DNA from: a virus
Taxonomy: Duplodnaviria > Heunggongvirae > Uroviricota > Caudoviricetes
Direction: 5' to 3' (one strand)
Virus record (IMG/VR): IMGVR_UViG_3300023238_000006
Span: 1-64,000 of that record
Length of the DNA stretch: 64,000 nt
The notes beneath the pieces were generated by a model. It was not told the DNA's origin. It ran no database searches and was given only the letters and a program-made list of their open reading frames with translations. Each line of letters opens with the position of its first letter. Position 1 is the first letter of the stretch. The position numbers were made by a program, and so were the translations under genes. Positions 36,604-46,015 of this stretch are shown here, piece by piece.

Positions 36604-37997
36604 TGCAATCAATACTAAACCTAGCTGATTCCTACAAATTCTCACATTCAAGCCAGTACCCAAAGAATATGGTAAGTCAATATGACTACATGGAATCACG
36701 TGGGGGCACTTACCCTGCAACAGTATTCGTAGGACTTCAGTACTACTTATTCAAGTACCTAACAGTACCTGTGACTGAGTTAGAAGTAAAACTAACAGCG
36801 GCTAAAGCTGCTCGTCACGGAGTACCTTTCGATCTAAATGGTTGGATGCATATTGTAAACAACTGTGATGGCTTAATTCCCGTAGAAATTAAAGCAGTAC
36901 CAGAAGGCAGCCTAATACCTACCAAGATGGTACTAGTAACTATAGAATCAACAGACACAGCTGTTCCATGGATAGCAGGATTCTTAGAGACTATCTTAAT
37001 GAAGATCTGGTACCCAACTACAATAGCTACTAAATCTTACTACACTCGTAAGATGCTAGAGAAGTACGGAGATCCTGAATGGGCTAAGTTCGCTTACCAC
37101 AACTTCGGAGACCGTGGCGCTACCTCAGTAGAATCTGCAGCTATAGGAGGCTTTGCCCACTACACCCAATTCATGGGAACTGATAACTTCAACTCCCTAG
37201 ACATTGCAGAGAACTACTACGCTACAACAGCCATGCCAGCATACTCAGTATACGCTACCGAGCACTCTAGCACTACCTCACACGGTCGTGAAGGAGAAGA
37301 AGAGTTTGTCTATACTCAGCTATTAGAAAACCCTGGTAAGGCCATCATGAGCTTCGTAGCTGATTCATACGACGTGTATGAGTTTACTAAGTTCTGTACA
37401 GCCCCTAACTCTCGTATTAGAGAACTAATTGAGTCTAGACCTAGCCAAAAGTTAGTCCTCCGCCCTGACTCTGGTAACCCTATTGAAGTGATGACACAGA
37501 TGTTAGCTATAGTTAAAGCCAATAATTGGGGCTATACTGAGACTCCTACAGGATTACTATTCAATCAACTAGGTATCTTATGGGGTGATGGAATCACTCC
37601 TGAAGTAATAGAAGAAATCTTAGCTATGGTACCACGTGTGGGCTATGCAGCTGGGAACTTCATATTTGGAAGTGGTGGTGATCTCATGCAGAACATCACT
37701 AGAGACACTCAGAGGTTTGCTATTAAATGTAGTAGTATCACTGTAGCACATGATGAGTTTATAGGTAATACCTCGTACGAAGAGGTAGATGTCTACAAAG
37801 ACCCTATTACTGACCCTGGTAAAGCCTCTAAACGTGGTAAGGTAACTACTTACATTAGAGAAGATGGTACTTACTTCGTAGACCTGGTAACAAATAAAAC
37901 ACCTGATGCTAAGAATGCTTTAACAACTGTATTCTTAAATGGTACGGTAACTAAAGAGTATACACTAGAAGAGATACGTAACAACTCAAAGGACTAA
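36603..37997 (+). CDS. nadV: Nicotinamide phosphoribosyltransferase (NAMPT/NadV, 464 aa).
   Basis: N-terminal LNLADSYKFSHSSQYP (the DSYK motif of NAMPT/NAPRT). Length is typical. Co-operonic with NMNAT. Confidence 0.75.
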   Translation: MQSILNLADSYKFSHSSQYPKNMVSQYDYMESRGGTYPATVFVGLQYYLFKYLTVPVTELEVKLTAAKAARHGVPFDLNGWMHIVNNCDGLIPVEIKAVPEGSLIPTKMVLVTIESTDTAVPWIAGFLETILMKIWYPTTIATKSYYTRKMLEKYGDPEWAKFAYHNFGDRGATSVESAAIGGFAHYTQFMGTDNFNSLDIAENYYATTAMPAYSVYATEHSSTTSHGREGEEEFVYTQLLENPGKAIMSFVADSYDVYEFTKFCTAPNSRIRELIESRPSQKLVLRPDSGNPIEVMTQMLAIVKANNWGYTETPTGLLFNQLGILWGDGITPEVIEEILAMVPRVGYAAGNFIFGSGGDLMQNITRDTQRFAIKCSSITVAHDEFIGNTSYEEVDVYKDPITDPGKASKRGKVTTYIREDGTYFVDLVTNKTPDAKNALTTVFLNGTVTKEYTLEEIRNNSKD

Positions 37998-37999
37998 CT

Positions 38000-38665
38000 A
38001 TGGCTAAACTATCAATCTGCTGCGTCTCGGACACACATGGTAAACACAGCCAACTAACCCTCTCTAAATACCCGGCTGATGTACTTGTACATGCTGGGGA
38101 TTGGACCGGAGGTAAGGACATAGCCCTAACTGAGACTATAGCCTTCCTAGACTGGTTCTCTGAGCAACCATTTGAACACAAGCTATTCATAGCCGGTAAC
38201 CACGAGAGAACTGTAGAGGCTAACCCCCAAGACTTTCAAGACTTACTAAAGCACTACCCAACTATAGAGTACATTCACCATAAAGCGGTAACTATTTCCG
38301 GTATTAACTTCTACGGCAGTAACTACTCTAACGAGTTCTGTGACTGGGCATTTATGGAAGAAGAGCCTGAACTATCTAAAGTCTGGGACCTAATCCCTAA
38401 TGATACTGATGTCCTTGTGACTCATGGGCCAGCCTATGGCTGTCACGATCAAGTTAAGCATGCTTACGGACGTGATCCCCATGTAGGGAGTAGATCTCTT
38501 CATCATAAGAAACTATCCCTCCAGGATACATTAAAACTCCACATAAGTGGGCACATCCACGAAAGTTATGGCACATCCTCAGATCTATGTATAAATGTAT
38601 GTGCCTCGGTACTAAATGAGAAATATCAATTAGTAAATGAACCAGTAGTAATAACACTACACTAG
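38000..38665 (+). CDS. Calcineurin-like metallophosphoesterase (221 aa).
   Basis: CVSDTHG, GDWTGG, IAGNHE and the later GHIHE are the MPP family motif series. Confidence 0.65.
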   Translation: MAKLSICCVSDTHGKHSQLTLSKYPADVLVHAGDWTGGKDIALTETIAFLDWFSEQPFEHKLFIAGNHERTVEANPQDFQDLLKHYPTIEYIHHKAVTISGINFYGSNYSNEFCDWAFMEEEPELSKVWDLIPNDTDVLVTHGPAYGCHDQVKHAYGRDPHVGSRSLHHKKLSLQDTLKLHISGHIHESYGTSSDLCINVCASVLNEKYQLVNEPVVITLH

Positions 38666-38738
38666 CTAGAAGCCCAGCAACAGGGGGCGAAACACTGTCA
38701 GTCAGCAAAGGCATAAAGCCTTCACAAAAGGAAATACA

Positions 38739-39023
38739 ATGATCAAGACTATCAAAAACAGAAGAGCATACCCAGCAGCACTTAAGATGGCTGCACTAAA
38801 GGCATCTAAAGGCAAGAAGGCTAAATCAAATGCAGCAATTGCAGATGACTTCAACATCCACAAGTCAACTCTAGGGAATTGGAGACGTGCTGCAGGTATT
38901 CAACGCCCCCAGCCTACAGGCTTAGCTAGACACAACTCTGATCAAAAGGCTGAGAAAGCTCACAACACTCCTACTATGCAAACAAACGGTACAATCATGT
39001 ACCGTGGTGTAGAGTACAAGTAA
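38739..39023 (+). CDS. Small basic protein (94 aa) with a putative helix-turn-helix (IADDFNIHKSTLGNWRR).
   Basis: ORF track. The HTH resembles the transposase/sigma-region-4 type. Confidence 0.45.
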   Translation: MIKTIKNRRAYPAALKMAALKASKGKKAKSNAAIADDFNIHKSTLGNWRRAAGIQRPQPTGLARHNSDQKAEKAHNTPTMQTNGTIMYRGVEYK

Positions 39024-39255
39024 TTAGTTGGTTGAGGTGAAAGGCCTCTTATAAATAGCGTAGAGCTTACCACATAGTCTACCTAGACTCTAAACTTGCT
39101 GGCAACCAACCAGAGTGTTGATGGCTACACAGGTTTAACCATCTGCGAATGAGGCTCAGCCTAGCATAAGGCTAGTAGAGGCATGGTACCTCTACGATCA
39201 TTTATACTACTTATGAGTATAACGGTACCAATAATTAATATAAATAGGAATAACT

Positions 39256-40239
39256 ATGGCAACAGCACTACAAGACTTAATAAATATAATTAAAACAGAA
39301 GACAGTACATTGTTGCAATCAATAATAAAAGATATTGATGCATCAGACTACTCATGGGGTATGCCTGAGTTTTTAACCCACTTAACAACTTCACAGGTAG
39401 CTAGATTAACTACTAGCCAAATAACTCTACTAAAGAATATGAGGTTTAAAAGGGGGCAAACCTTAAGGCTGTATAGAGAAAGATGTATATTTGCAACAAC
39501 AATATCAGGAGCGCACTCTAAACAATGGGCCTTCATGCATGCCTCGGCGTTGTTTGCTAAGGAAGACCTTATCTACCTCAGCAAGTATGAAACTACTAAA
39601 TGGAAGGAAGCTAACCCATCAGGTGGTAGCACTAAAAAAGGTACTGAGCTTAACTTCGCTATGGACGACTTCTCTCTAGCACTATTCAAAGCCTCTATAA
39701 CTAAAGGCTTTCTCCGTACTGAAGCTAAGAACTACATCTTAGCAGTGAACAAAGCCTACTCTAGTGTGACTGCTACTGACCCTGTTAAGAAGCTAGCAGC
39801 AACTAAAATTCGTAACAAGTTCTACGCAGTTATACTAAACAACACCGAGGTACATACTAACGCTATGTTAAAGGAGCTACAATGGACAGACTTAGAGCCT
39901 GCAAAAGGTGGATACTACCAAGCCTCTGAAGACGAGGCACTATCCTTCTCATTCGGCGGTCACAGACATTTACTAAGCTACACAACTACTAACGCTATGG
40001 AGACGTACTCAACTGATATTGAAATAACTACCCACAACAACGGTACTGACAACGAACGTCATGCTGATCGTTTAGCCAGTGCTACCAGTATACTACTAAC
40101 TATTCACGCAGCAACTGGCAATACAGCTTACTTAGCACTAGCTACTCGTATGCTAAAAAACATCACATCTGATAGTAAGATTAAAGTACTTAACACAACC
40201 TCTGCCGTAGCTATGCTACGAGCTATACTAACTAAATAA
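39256..40239 (+). CDS. Hypothetical protein (327 aa) immediately upstream of the AAA/VWA pair.
   Basis: ORF track. No motif recognised. Confidence 0.55.
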   Translation: MATALQDLINIIKTEDSTLLQSIIKDIDASDYSWGMPEFLTHLTTSQVARLTTSQITLLKNMRFKRGQTLRLYRERCIFATTISGAHSKQWAFMHASALFAKEDLIYLSKYETTKWKEANPSGGSTKKGTELNFAMDDFSLALFKASITKGFLRTEAKNYILAVNKAYSSVTATDPVKKLAATKIRNKFYAVILNNTEVHTNAMLKELQWTDLEPAKGGYYQASEDEALSFSFGGHRHLLSYTTTNAMETYSTDIEITTHNNGTDNERHADRLASATSILLTIHAATGNTAYLALATRMLKNITSDSKIKVLNTTSAVAMLRAILTK

Positions 40240-40247
40240 GGATTACA

Positions 40248-41444
40248 ATGAAAGATACTAAACAACAAACAAGAATTAAGACTAACCTAAAAGCACAGCT
40301 AGACGGGGTAGCAATACTACCACTATGTTTATTTGGAGGACCAGGGTTAGGTAAAAGCTCTATTATCTCCCAAGCAGCTAGAGACTTAGGTGCCTCAGAA
40401 AATGTAGTATCAATTTCATCAGTAAACTTCGAGTACTTCTCAGGTATACCTGCCTTTAGTACTGATAGCTCTCTTGATCAATACTCAGTATCAGGGGCTA
40501 AAGGTGTGCAAGCAACAATATGGTCTATAGCAGAACTTATTATGGCTACTAACCGTGTTGCAGAAAAGAACCCTAACGGTGCTGTACTACACCTAGAAGA
40601 TATGCATACAGCAGATAAAACTACTGAAAATGTTATGTACCAGCTATTATTAGACAGAAAGCTTGGTGACTACAAGCTACATCCTAAAGTGGCTATCATA
40701 TGCTCTATGAACCACTCTAAGGAATCTGGAGGGGGGCACTTCAACTCAGCAGCAGTAAAGTCAAGACTATCTCTAATGGAGTATGTATTTAACTTCGACG
40801 ACTGGTACACTAACTTTGGACTATCTCTCCACCCTTGGTTATCTTCATTCTTAAAGGCTAACCAACAGTACATCATAGAGACTGAGAGCAAGACTTTAGA
40901 GCCTTCAGGGTCAGCTAGATCATACAGTAAACTATCACTAGAGTTTAACCTCTACAATGATGTGGACTTAAATGAGATGTACAAAGACTTAGCATCTGGA
41001 GTATTATCAATCAACGCTGTCAACTCTTTAGAGAAACACGTAATTTACTACCAGAAGATTGACTTCACAGGTATTGTCAAGCATAGAACAATACCTACCC
41101 TATCATCTCTCCCAGACCTTGATAAAGTATTATGGGGATATGTATTCCATAGTGTTGTAACTCCAGAAGATGGTGTCTACATCATCGACCTTATCAATGC
41201 TATAACCACTCAGCCTCATTACCAAAGCCTACTAGGCTTTCTATCAGCTGAGATTCACTCTAAGTACAAGATTCAACTATCTGGTGAGACAATCACACCA
41301 GGGCAAAACCTTGTACTAAGTAAGATCATGGGTTCATTCGATCCATCTCTATACAAGGTTACAGCACCAGTCGCTAAGAAGCTTGCAGAAGCTGAGCTAG
41401 CCAACAAAACAGAGGTCATGAGTCTCATGGCTAAATACATGTAA
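40248..41444 (+). CDS. AAA+ ATPase of the MoxR/CobS-like type (398 aa).
   Basis: Walker A LFGGPGLGKSS. Walker-B-like AVLHLEDMH. Size and architecture are those of CobS/MoxR-like ATPases commonly found paired with VWA proteins. Confidence 0.65.
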   Translation: MKDTKQQTRIKTNLKAQLDGVAILPLCLFGGPGLGKSSIISQAARDLGASENVVSISSVNFEYFSGIPAFSTDSSLDQYSVSGAKGVQATIWSIAELIMATNRVAEKNPNGAVLHLEDMHTADKTTENVMYQLLLDRKLGDYKLHPKVAIICSMNHSKESGGGHFNSAAVKSRLSLMEYVFNFDDWYTNFGLSLHPWLSSFLKANQQYIIETESKTLEPSGSARSYSKLSLEFNLYNDVDLNEMYKDLASGVLSINAVNSLEKHVIYYQKIDFTGIVKHRTIPTLSSLPDLDKVLWGYVFHSVVTPEDGVYIIDLINAITTQPHYQSLLGFLSAEIHSKYKIQLSGETITPGQNLVLSKIMGSFDPSLYKVTAPVAKKLAEAELANKTEVMSLMAKYM

Positions 41445-41453
41445 GGAACTACA

Positions 41454-42899
41454 ATGACAAAACAAGAATTCTTAATTGAACTAAAAGCAATCGTGATAAC
41501 AGGCATGGTTAAAGAGGTTAACATTATGTTAGGGGCTAGCAAGGCTGCTTTCCTATCAACATCACTCCTCCTTAAACTTCAACCAACATTTGTAGCTATA
41601 GAATCTCCCTACGCTAGACTACCTAAAGCTTCAACTATCGAAGACTTAGATGAAATCTTCAAAGCTTACATACCTATTGATGATCCTTCATTACTAGTAT
41701 TCGAAATTGCATACGATAGTAAGAAGACTATTAAACGTGCACTGAAACTTGCTGAAAAACACACAGCTTACTTCGCATTCCACTACATCAAACATCTACA
41801 TGCAACTCTTGCACAAGTTAACACTACTGCATACGTTCAAGCTATGATAAAACAAGTAGCTGGTAAAGAGCACCCATTCCTCCTAGCATCTGCAGTAATT
41901 GACAGATCTATGAGTGATATGGCTCTTAAAACACTAGCAGCAGCTGGTGTTAACACTAGGCCATACGAGAATGTTATTGAGCATATGGAGACTACTAATA
42001 TCGCTGAAGAGTTAGAGCTACTAGCTTCAGCTATGGAGTCTAAAGTTATCACTAAGATCCCTGGCTATATTCGTAAATTACGCATAAAGCCAATTGATAA
42101 CATCGCAGAGCTATTAGAAGTAGTGGCTAACCACGGCCAAGGTCAAGGCGAGTTCGGGTACCAGCAAGGTCAAAGAACTGCTAGTGTAATAGTAGACCTG
42201 TCACAAGCTCTTAACCACACCCTCTCATCATCTTGTAAAGGTACTGCAGTTGGTGACCTTATGGCTACTAGCTTTGAAGCTAATCACATCGATGCCTTAT
42301 GGTTCGATGACTTAACTAAAACTGTATTATCATCAGTAATTGAAAAGTCTAACGAAGGTTATGCGTCATGGGGTAATCTGTCTAAGACTAAACGCCACTT
42401 ATACCATAGCCCAGTTAGAATCAATACTGACCACAAGTTACAACTATATGTAACAATAGACCAAAGTGGGTCTGTATCTACTGGAGACCTTCAGAAGATA
42501 CTATCAGTATTTGAACAATACTCACACCTAATATCTCAAGCAGTAGTTATGCATCACACAGCTAGCGTTATACAGCAGTATGAGCTAGATGATAGCTATG
42601 GAGAGTTAATAGATCACCCAGAGTTTAAAGCGGCCTTTGCTTGTCGCCACGGTGATGGTGGGACATCTCACGGAGATTGTGTTAAGCGTATAGCTAAACA
42701 TATCACTAAGAACAACATCGACCCTGAGAGAGCTATTTGGCTCAGCTTCAGCGATGGCTATAGCGACTTAGAAGACGTATGCATGACTGAACATAGTATT
42801 ATGGACAAGTTAGAAAAGTTCTTCATCAGAGATAGTAGAGGTAGAAATATTATCCTACATACAATCCCTGGTAAGAACCACAATATAGTAACGCCTTAG
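41454..42899 (+). CDS. von Willebrand factor A (VWA) domain protein, CobT-like (481 aa).
   Basis: MIDAS motif YVTIDQSGSVS (DxSxS) in the C-terminal half. Immediately downstream of the AAA+ gene. Confidence 0.6.
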   Translation: MTKQEFLIELKAIVITGMVKEVNIMLGASKAAFLSTSLLLKLQPTFVAIESPYARLPKASTIEDLDEIFKAYIPIDDPSLLVFEIAYDSKKTIKRALKLAEKHTAYFAFHYIKHLHATLAQVNTTAYVQAMIKQVAGKEHPFLLASAVIDRSMSDMALKTLAAAGVNTRPYENVIEHMETTNIAEELELLASAMESKVITKIPGYIRKLRIKPIDNIAELLEVVANHGQGQGEFGYQQGQRTASVIVDLSQALNHTLSSSCKGTAVGDLMATSFEANHIDALWFDDLTKTVLSSVIEKSNEGYASWGNLSKTKRHLYHSPVRINTDHKLQLYVTIDQSGSVSTGDLQKILSVFEQYSHLISQAVVMHHTASVIQQYELDDSYGELIDHPEFKAAFACRHGDGGTSHGDCVKRIAKHITKNNIDPERAIWLSFSDGYSDLEDVCMTEHSIMDKLEKFFIRDSRGRNIILHTIPGKNHNIVTP

Positions 42900-42907
42900 G
42901 AGATGCA

Positions 42908-43600
42908 ATGGATAACTTCGAATACTTAGTTAGAGTTGCAGAAATGGACACACTAACTACCCTTAAAGCTAAGGAGCAGTTCATTAGAGAGCAGGTAGCT
43001 GCTATCTATGAAATAGATGGGATGGATAGCTGGAGCCATTATGTTAATGACTCAAATGTTGCCGCAGTTATACCTAGATATAAACTACTTACTAAAGCGT
43101 TAAATCTCTATGATGGGGCTAATGACTTACCAGATAAACTTCTTAAAGTTAAACGTAGGTTATGTGCTAGTTTACTAACTAGGTTTGTAGAGCAAAAGCA
43201 TAACTACCCAGACTTCGTAAATTTCTTTGAGTTTGATGCAGAGTTAAACTTTCGTGGAATGTATGGGGGGGACGCTATATCTGTAATACTTATGATAGGC
43301 ACAGAGGTGCCTATACAAAAGGTAGAGTTGACGCTACATGCACCATACAGACTGCAGTATGTGTTTAACGACATACTAACAGACAGTGATAATTATAGCC
43401 TTAGAAATATACTAGCAGCAGAAGACTTAAAAGCTGCACTACATAACCGTGAGGATCTTACAATGCTTAATCAACTAATAGATAAGGCTTACAGTGACCT
43501 TAATAAAAGATCCTTACCAGCTGACCTATCTAAAGTACCTATAAACCTAGAACGCCTAAACACTATCTCAGCCACTATGATGGCAAAGTTATGCCCTTAG
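42908..43600 (+). CDS. Hypothetical protein (230 aa). It overlaps the DNAP polymerase ORF by 10 nt in another frame.
   Basis: ORF track. Not similar to DNAP thumb sequences by eye. Confidence 0.5.
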   Translation: MDNFEYLVRVAEMDTLTTLKAKEQFIREQVAAIYEIDGMDSWSHYVNDSNVAAVIPRYKLLTKALNLYDGANDLPDKLLKVKRRLCASLLTRFVEQKHNYPDFVNFFEFDAELNFRGMYGGDAISVILMIGTEVPIQKVELTLHAPYRLQYVFNDILTDSDNYSLRNILAAEDLKAALHNREDLTMLNQLIDKAYSDLNKRSLPADLSKVPINLERLNTISATMMAKLCP

Positions 43601-44958
43601 CCCCTTACAAAATCCCAAGTGGGAGGTACTTGAAAAATGGTAGTTGGAAACCTCCAGGTAAAAAAACGTTCAAATGGTTCTCAACTCCTCATAGGACGAT
43701 AAACGTAACTAGGGAAGGGGAGTACCAACCTATTAAGTATGAGCCGTTTAATCCTGGGTCACGTTCACATATAAAGAAGTGGATGGAAGAGGACTATGGC
43801 TACACGTTTCCTTATTATACAGAGAAAGGATCTCCTAAAGTTGACCCCGAGTCGTTAGACAATATGAACCACCCAGCAGGAAAGATGCTTAAAAGGTTTT
43901 TAAAGGTTGGAAAGGACCAGTCGCAAATAGGCAATGGGGCAGGATCTCTTATAAGTCACTACAATGAAAACACAAAAGGTATACACTGTAGAGTTGACAC
44001 TAATGGCACTATTACAGGCAGATTCTCGGTAAATTCTCCAAATATGGCACAGATACCATCTCAAGAGGAATTCAGGGAGCTGTTCTCTGCACCAGAGGGC
44101 TGGACCTTTGTAGGTGTGGATTTTTCTCAGCAGGAGCTAGTAAATCTAGCGCATTTCCTGTACCCTTATGATGGCGGAGCATATGCTAAAACTGTTGCTG
44201 ATGGTAATAAAGAAGATGAAACAGATCCACATAATGTACATAAAAGGCTGGCTGGGCTAGATACTAGAGGGCAGGCTAAAGTGTTTGGATTCCAGTACCT
44301 GTATGGTGCAGGTGAAGTTGTTCTAGGAGCAGCTGTAAGGTCAGAGCTGTTAGCCGATTACACAGATAAAGAATATGCAACAGCTAAGAAGAAAATAGAC
44401 AGACGTATAGTAATTATAGACGATATGCCTCTATTCCCTATAAAGAAGGATAAGTATATACAAGTCACAGAACTTCTAATACATCAAGCTATATACGGCA
44501 ACCGCATAGTTACCAAATTCGAAAAGAACTTTCCTGGTTTATCAGAGCTAATCAAAGCACTCCAGAAAGAAGCTAAGGACTACGGCACTATCACTATACC
44601 TGGCGGGAGGGTTATGCCTTGCAGATCCTCCAGGAACGCGCTGAACACTGCTATGCAATCCCTAGGAGGCACCGCAATGAAGTACTATTTGGTAGCTATA
44701 CATAGAGAATTAGCTAAAGAAGGTATTATACATGGAAAGCACTTCATACAGCAAGCAACAATATATGATGAGGTTGATATGATAGTAAAAACTGAGTACG
44801 CAGAAGCAGTTGGCAAAACTCTAGAACGCTGCTTCTCAATTATATCAGAGGAACTATCCCTAAACACGCACTACAAAGGCGAAGCCCTTCTTGGGGGAAT
44901 AAGTATAGATACTGACACAAAGTTGCCTATAGCAAATTCTTGGTGGGGTTGTCATTAA
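43591..44958 (+). CDS. Family A (T7-like) DNA polymerase, C-terminal fragment: thumb, palm and fingers (455 aa).
   Basis: EPFNPGSRSHIKK matches T7 VVFNPSSRDHIQKK. TGRFSVNSPNMAQIPS matches TGRxSSxxPNLQNIP. Motif A VGVDFSQQEL. Motif B GQAKVFGFQYLYGAG. Motif C IYDEVDMIV. The C-terminus ...NSWWGCH matches T7 ...NWAICH. Confidence 0.85.
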   Translation: MPLAPYKIPSGRYLKNGSWKPPGKKTFKWFSTPHRTINVTREGEYQPIKYEPFNPGSRSHIKKWMEEDYGYTFPYYTEKGSPKVDPESLDNMNHPAGKMLKRFLKVGKDQSQIGNGAGSLISHYNENTKGIHCRVDTNGTITGRFSVNSPNMAQIPSQEEFRELFSAPEGWTFVGVDFSQQELVNLAHFLYPYDGGAYAKTVADGNKEDETDPHNVHKRLAGLDTRGQAKVFGFQYLYGAGEVVLGAAVRSELLADYTDKEYATAKKKIDRRIVIIDDMPLFPIKKDKYIQVTELLIHQAIYGNRIVTKFEKNFPGLSELIKALQKEAKDYGTITIPGGRVMPCRSSRNALNTAMQSLGGTAMKYYLVAIHRELAKEGIIHGKHFIQQATIYDEVDMIVKTEYAEAVGKTLERCFSIISEELSLNTHYKGEALLGGISIDTDTKLPIANSWWGCH

Positions 44959-45105
44959 TATTACTGTAAGGAACAACAATGCAATCAAGACTACATAATA
45001 TAAGACTAGCTAGCCAATTACTGCAAGCTAGAGTAATACCAACAACTACAATGCTATCATCAGTACCTCTACTAGAGGCGTATATTAAGCGTCAGAAGGA
45101 TAACT

Positions 45106-45333
45106 ATGAGATCACTAATATCAACACTAATAGAACGATGTAAGTACCTAAGCATAGAGTTAGAGCTCCATGGCAACTACCCATGGATCTATCTCCACTC
45201 AGTTAATGGTAACATAGTTAAAGAAAGGTTTCAAGCTAATCATGGATTTACAGCCTTTACATTAGGTATGGGCAATACGACCAGATGGTCCGACCGTAGG
45301 GAAGTATTTAAAATTATAAGGAAATATAGATGA
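45106..45333 (+). CDS. Hypothetical small protein (75 aa).
   Basis: ORF track. Confidence 0.4.
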   Translation: MRSLISTLIERCKYLSIELELHGNYPWIYLHSVNGNIVKERFQANHGFTAFTLGMGNTTRWSDRREVFKIIRKYR

Positions 45334-45638
45334 CTAATGAAGACTACAGCTACCTTCGCAAGAAGTTCTTAATGTACCAGTATGACACACCGCAGTACCC
45401 TGCTAGTGTAGCTAGGGTAATGGCAGATACTAAGGTAATTGATATGTACCTACTTGCAGCTAATCAGAGTGCAGCTACTAACATAAAGCTTTATGTTAGG
45501 TGGTTACGTAAGCTACGTGATACTAAACTATTCCCTGGTAATAGTCATACTTCTAAACCTAGTAAGTTTGTTGGTATCTTCGGTATAACTAAGTCTATGG
45601 TTATCTATGATTTAATTGTAGCTATAAGGCCTTACTGA
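45330..45638 (+). CDS. Hypothetical protein (102 aa).
   Basis: ORF track. ATGA coupling. Confidence 0.45.
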   Translation: MTNEDYSYLRKKFLMYQYDTPQYPASVARVMADTKVIDMYLLAANQSAATNIKLYVRWLRKLRDTKLFPGNSHTSKPSKFVGIFGITKSMVIYDLIVAIRPY

Positions 45639-46015
45639 TGATAAGTAAAGAACTACTAAGTGCAGTACTGGATGTACCAATAGGCAGCTTTGTTAATGGT
45701 ATAGATACACACCAATACATGGTAGAGTATCAACACTTGAAAGGCGATGAAATACTAGACTGTTGTATTAACATTTACCATCTTGCACACAAGTGCAAGG
45801 AGTGGGCTGTAACTATTAAGACTGACAAGTTAACTATGTATGCTATAAACAACTACTTATCTAATGCTGGAAGCACTGTATGTGACATAAGTTGTAGCTA
45901 TGAGAATGAACTGCTTGATATAGATGATACAGATTACACCAAATGGTTTTCTGCAGCATCTGAACCAGAAGCAATCTTCGCAGCATGTGAGTGGATACTA
46001 AAGGAAACTAAATGA
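45638..46015 (+). CDS. Hypothetical protein (125 aa).
   Basis: ORF track. ATGA coupling. Confidence 0.45.
   Translation: MISKELLSAVLDVPIGSFVNGIDTHQYMVEYQHLKGDEILDCCINIYHLAHKCKEWAVTIKTDKLTMYAINNYLSNAGSTVCDISCSYENELLDIDDTDYTKWFSAASEPEAIFAACEWILKETK

Noticed and set aside
32324-43590. Possibility that the DNAP interruption is a self-splicing group I or II intron or an intein.
   Set aside because: The gap is 11 kb with about a dozen co-directional protein genes. No group I P7 or group II domain V core motifs were found by eye. The exonuclease ORF ends with a stop and the polymerase ORF begins with Met, with no Cys/Ser plus intein blocks. Two separate polypeptides is the simplest reading.
42908-43600. 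The 10-nt overlap between ORF 42908-43600 and the DNAP polymerase ORF, considered as a frameshifted upstream part of the polymerase.
   Set aside because: The 230-aa product shows no resemblance to thumb-region sequence. The polymerase fragment alone already aligns to T7 gp5 from about residue 335 onward.
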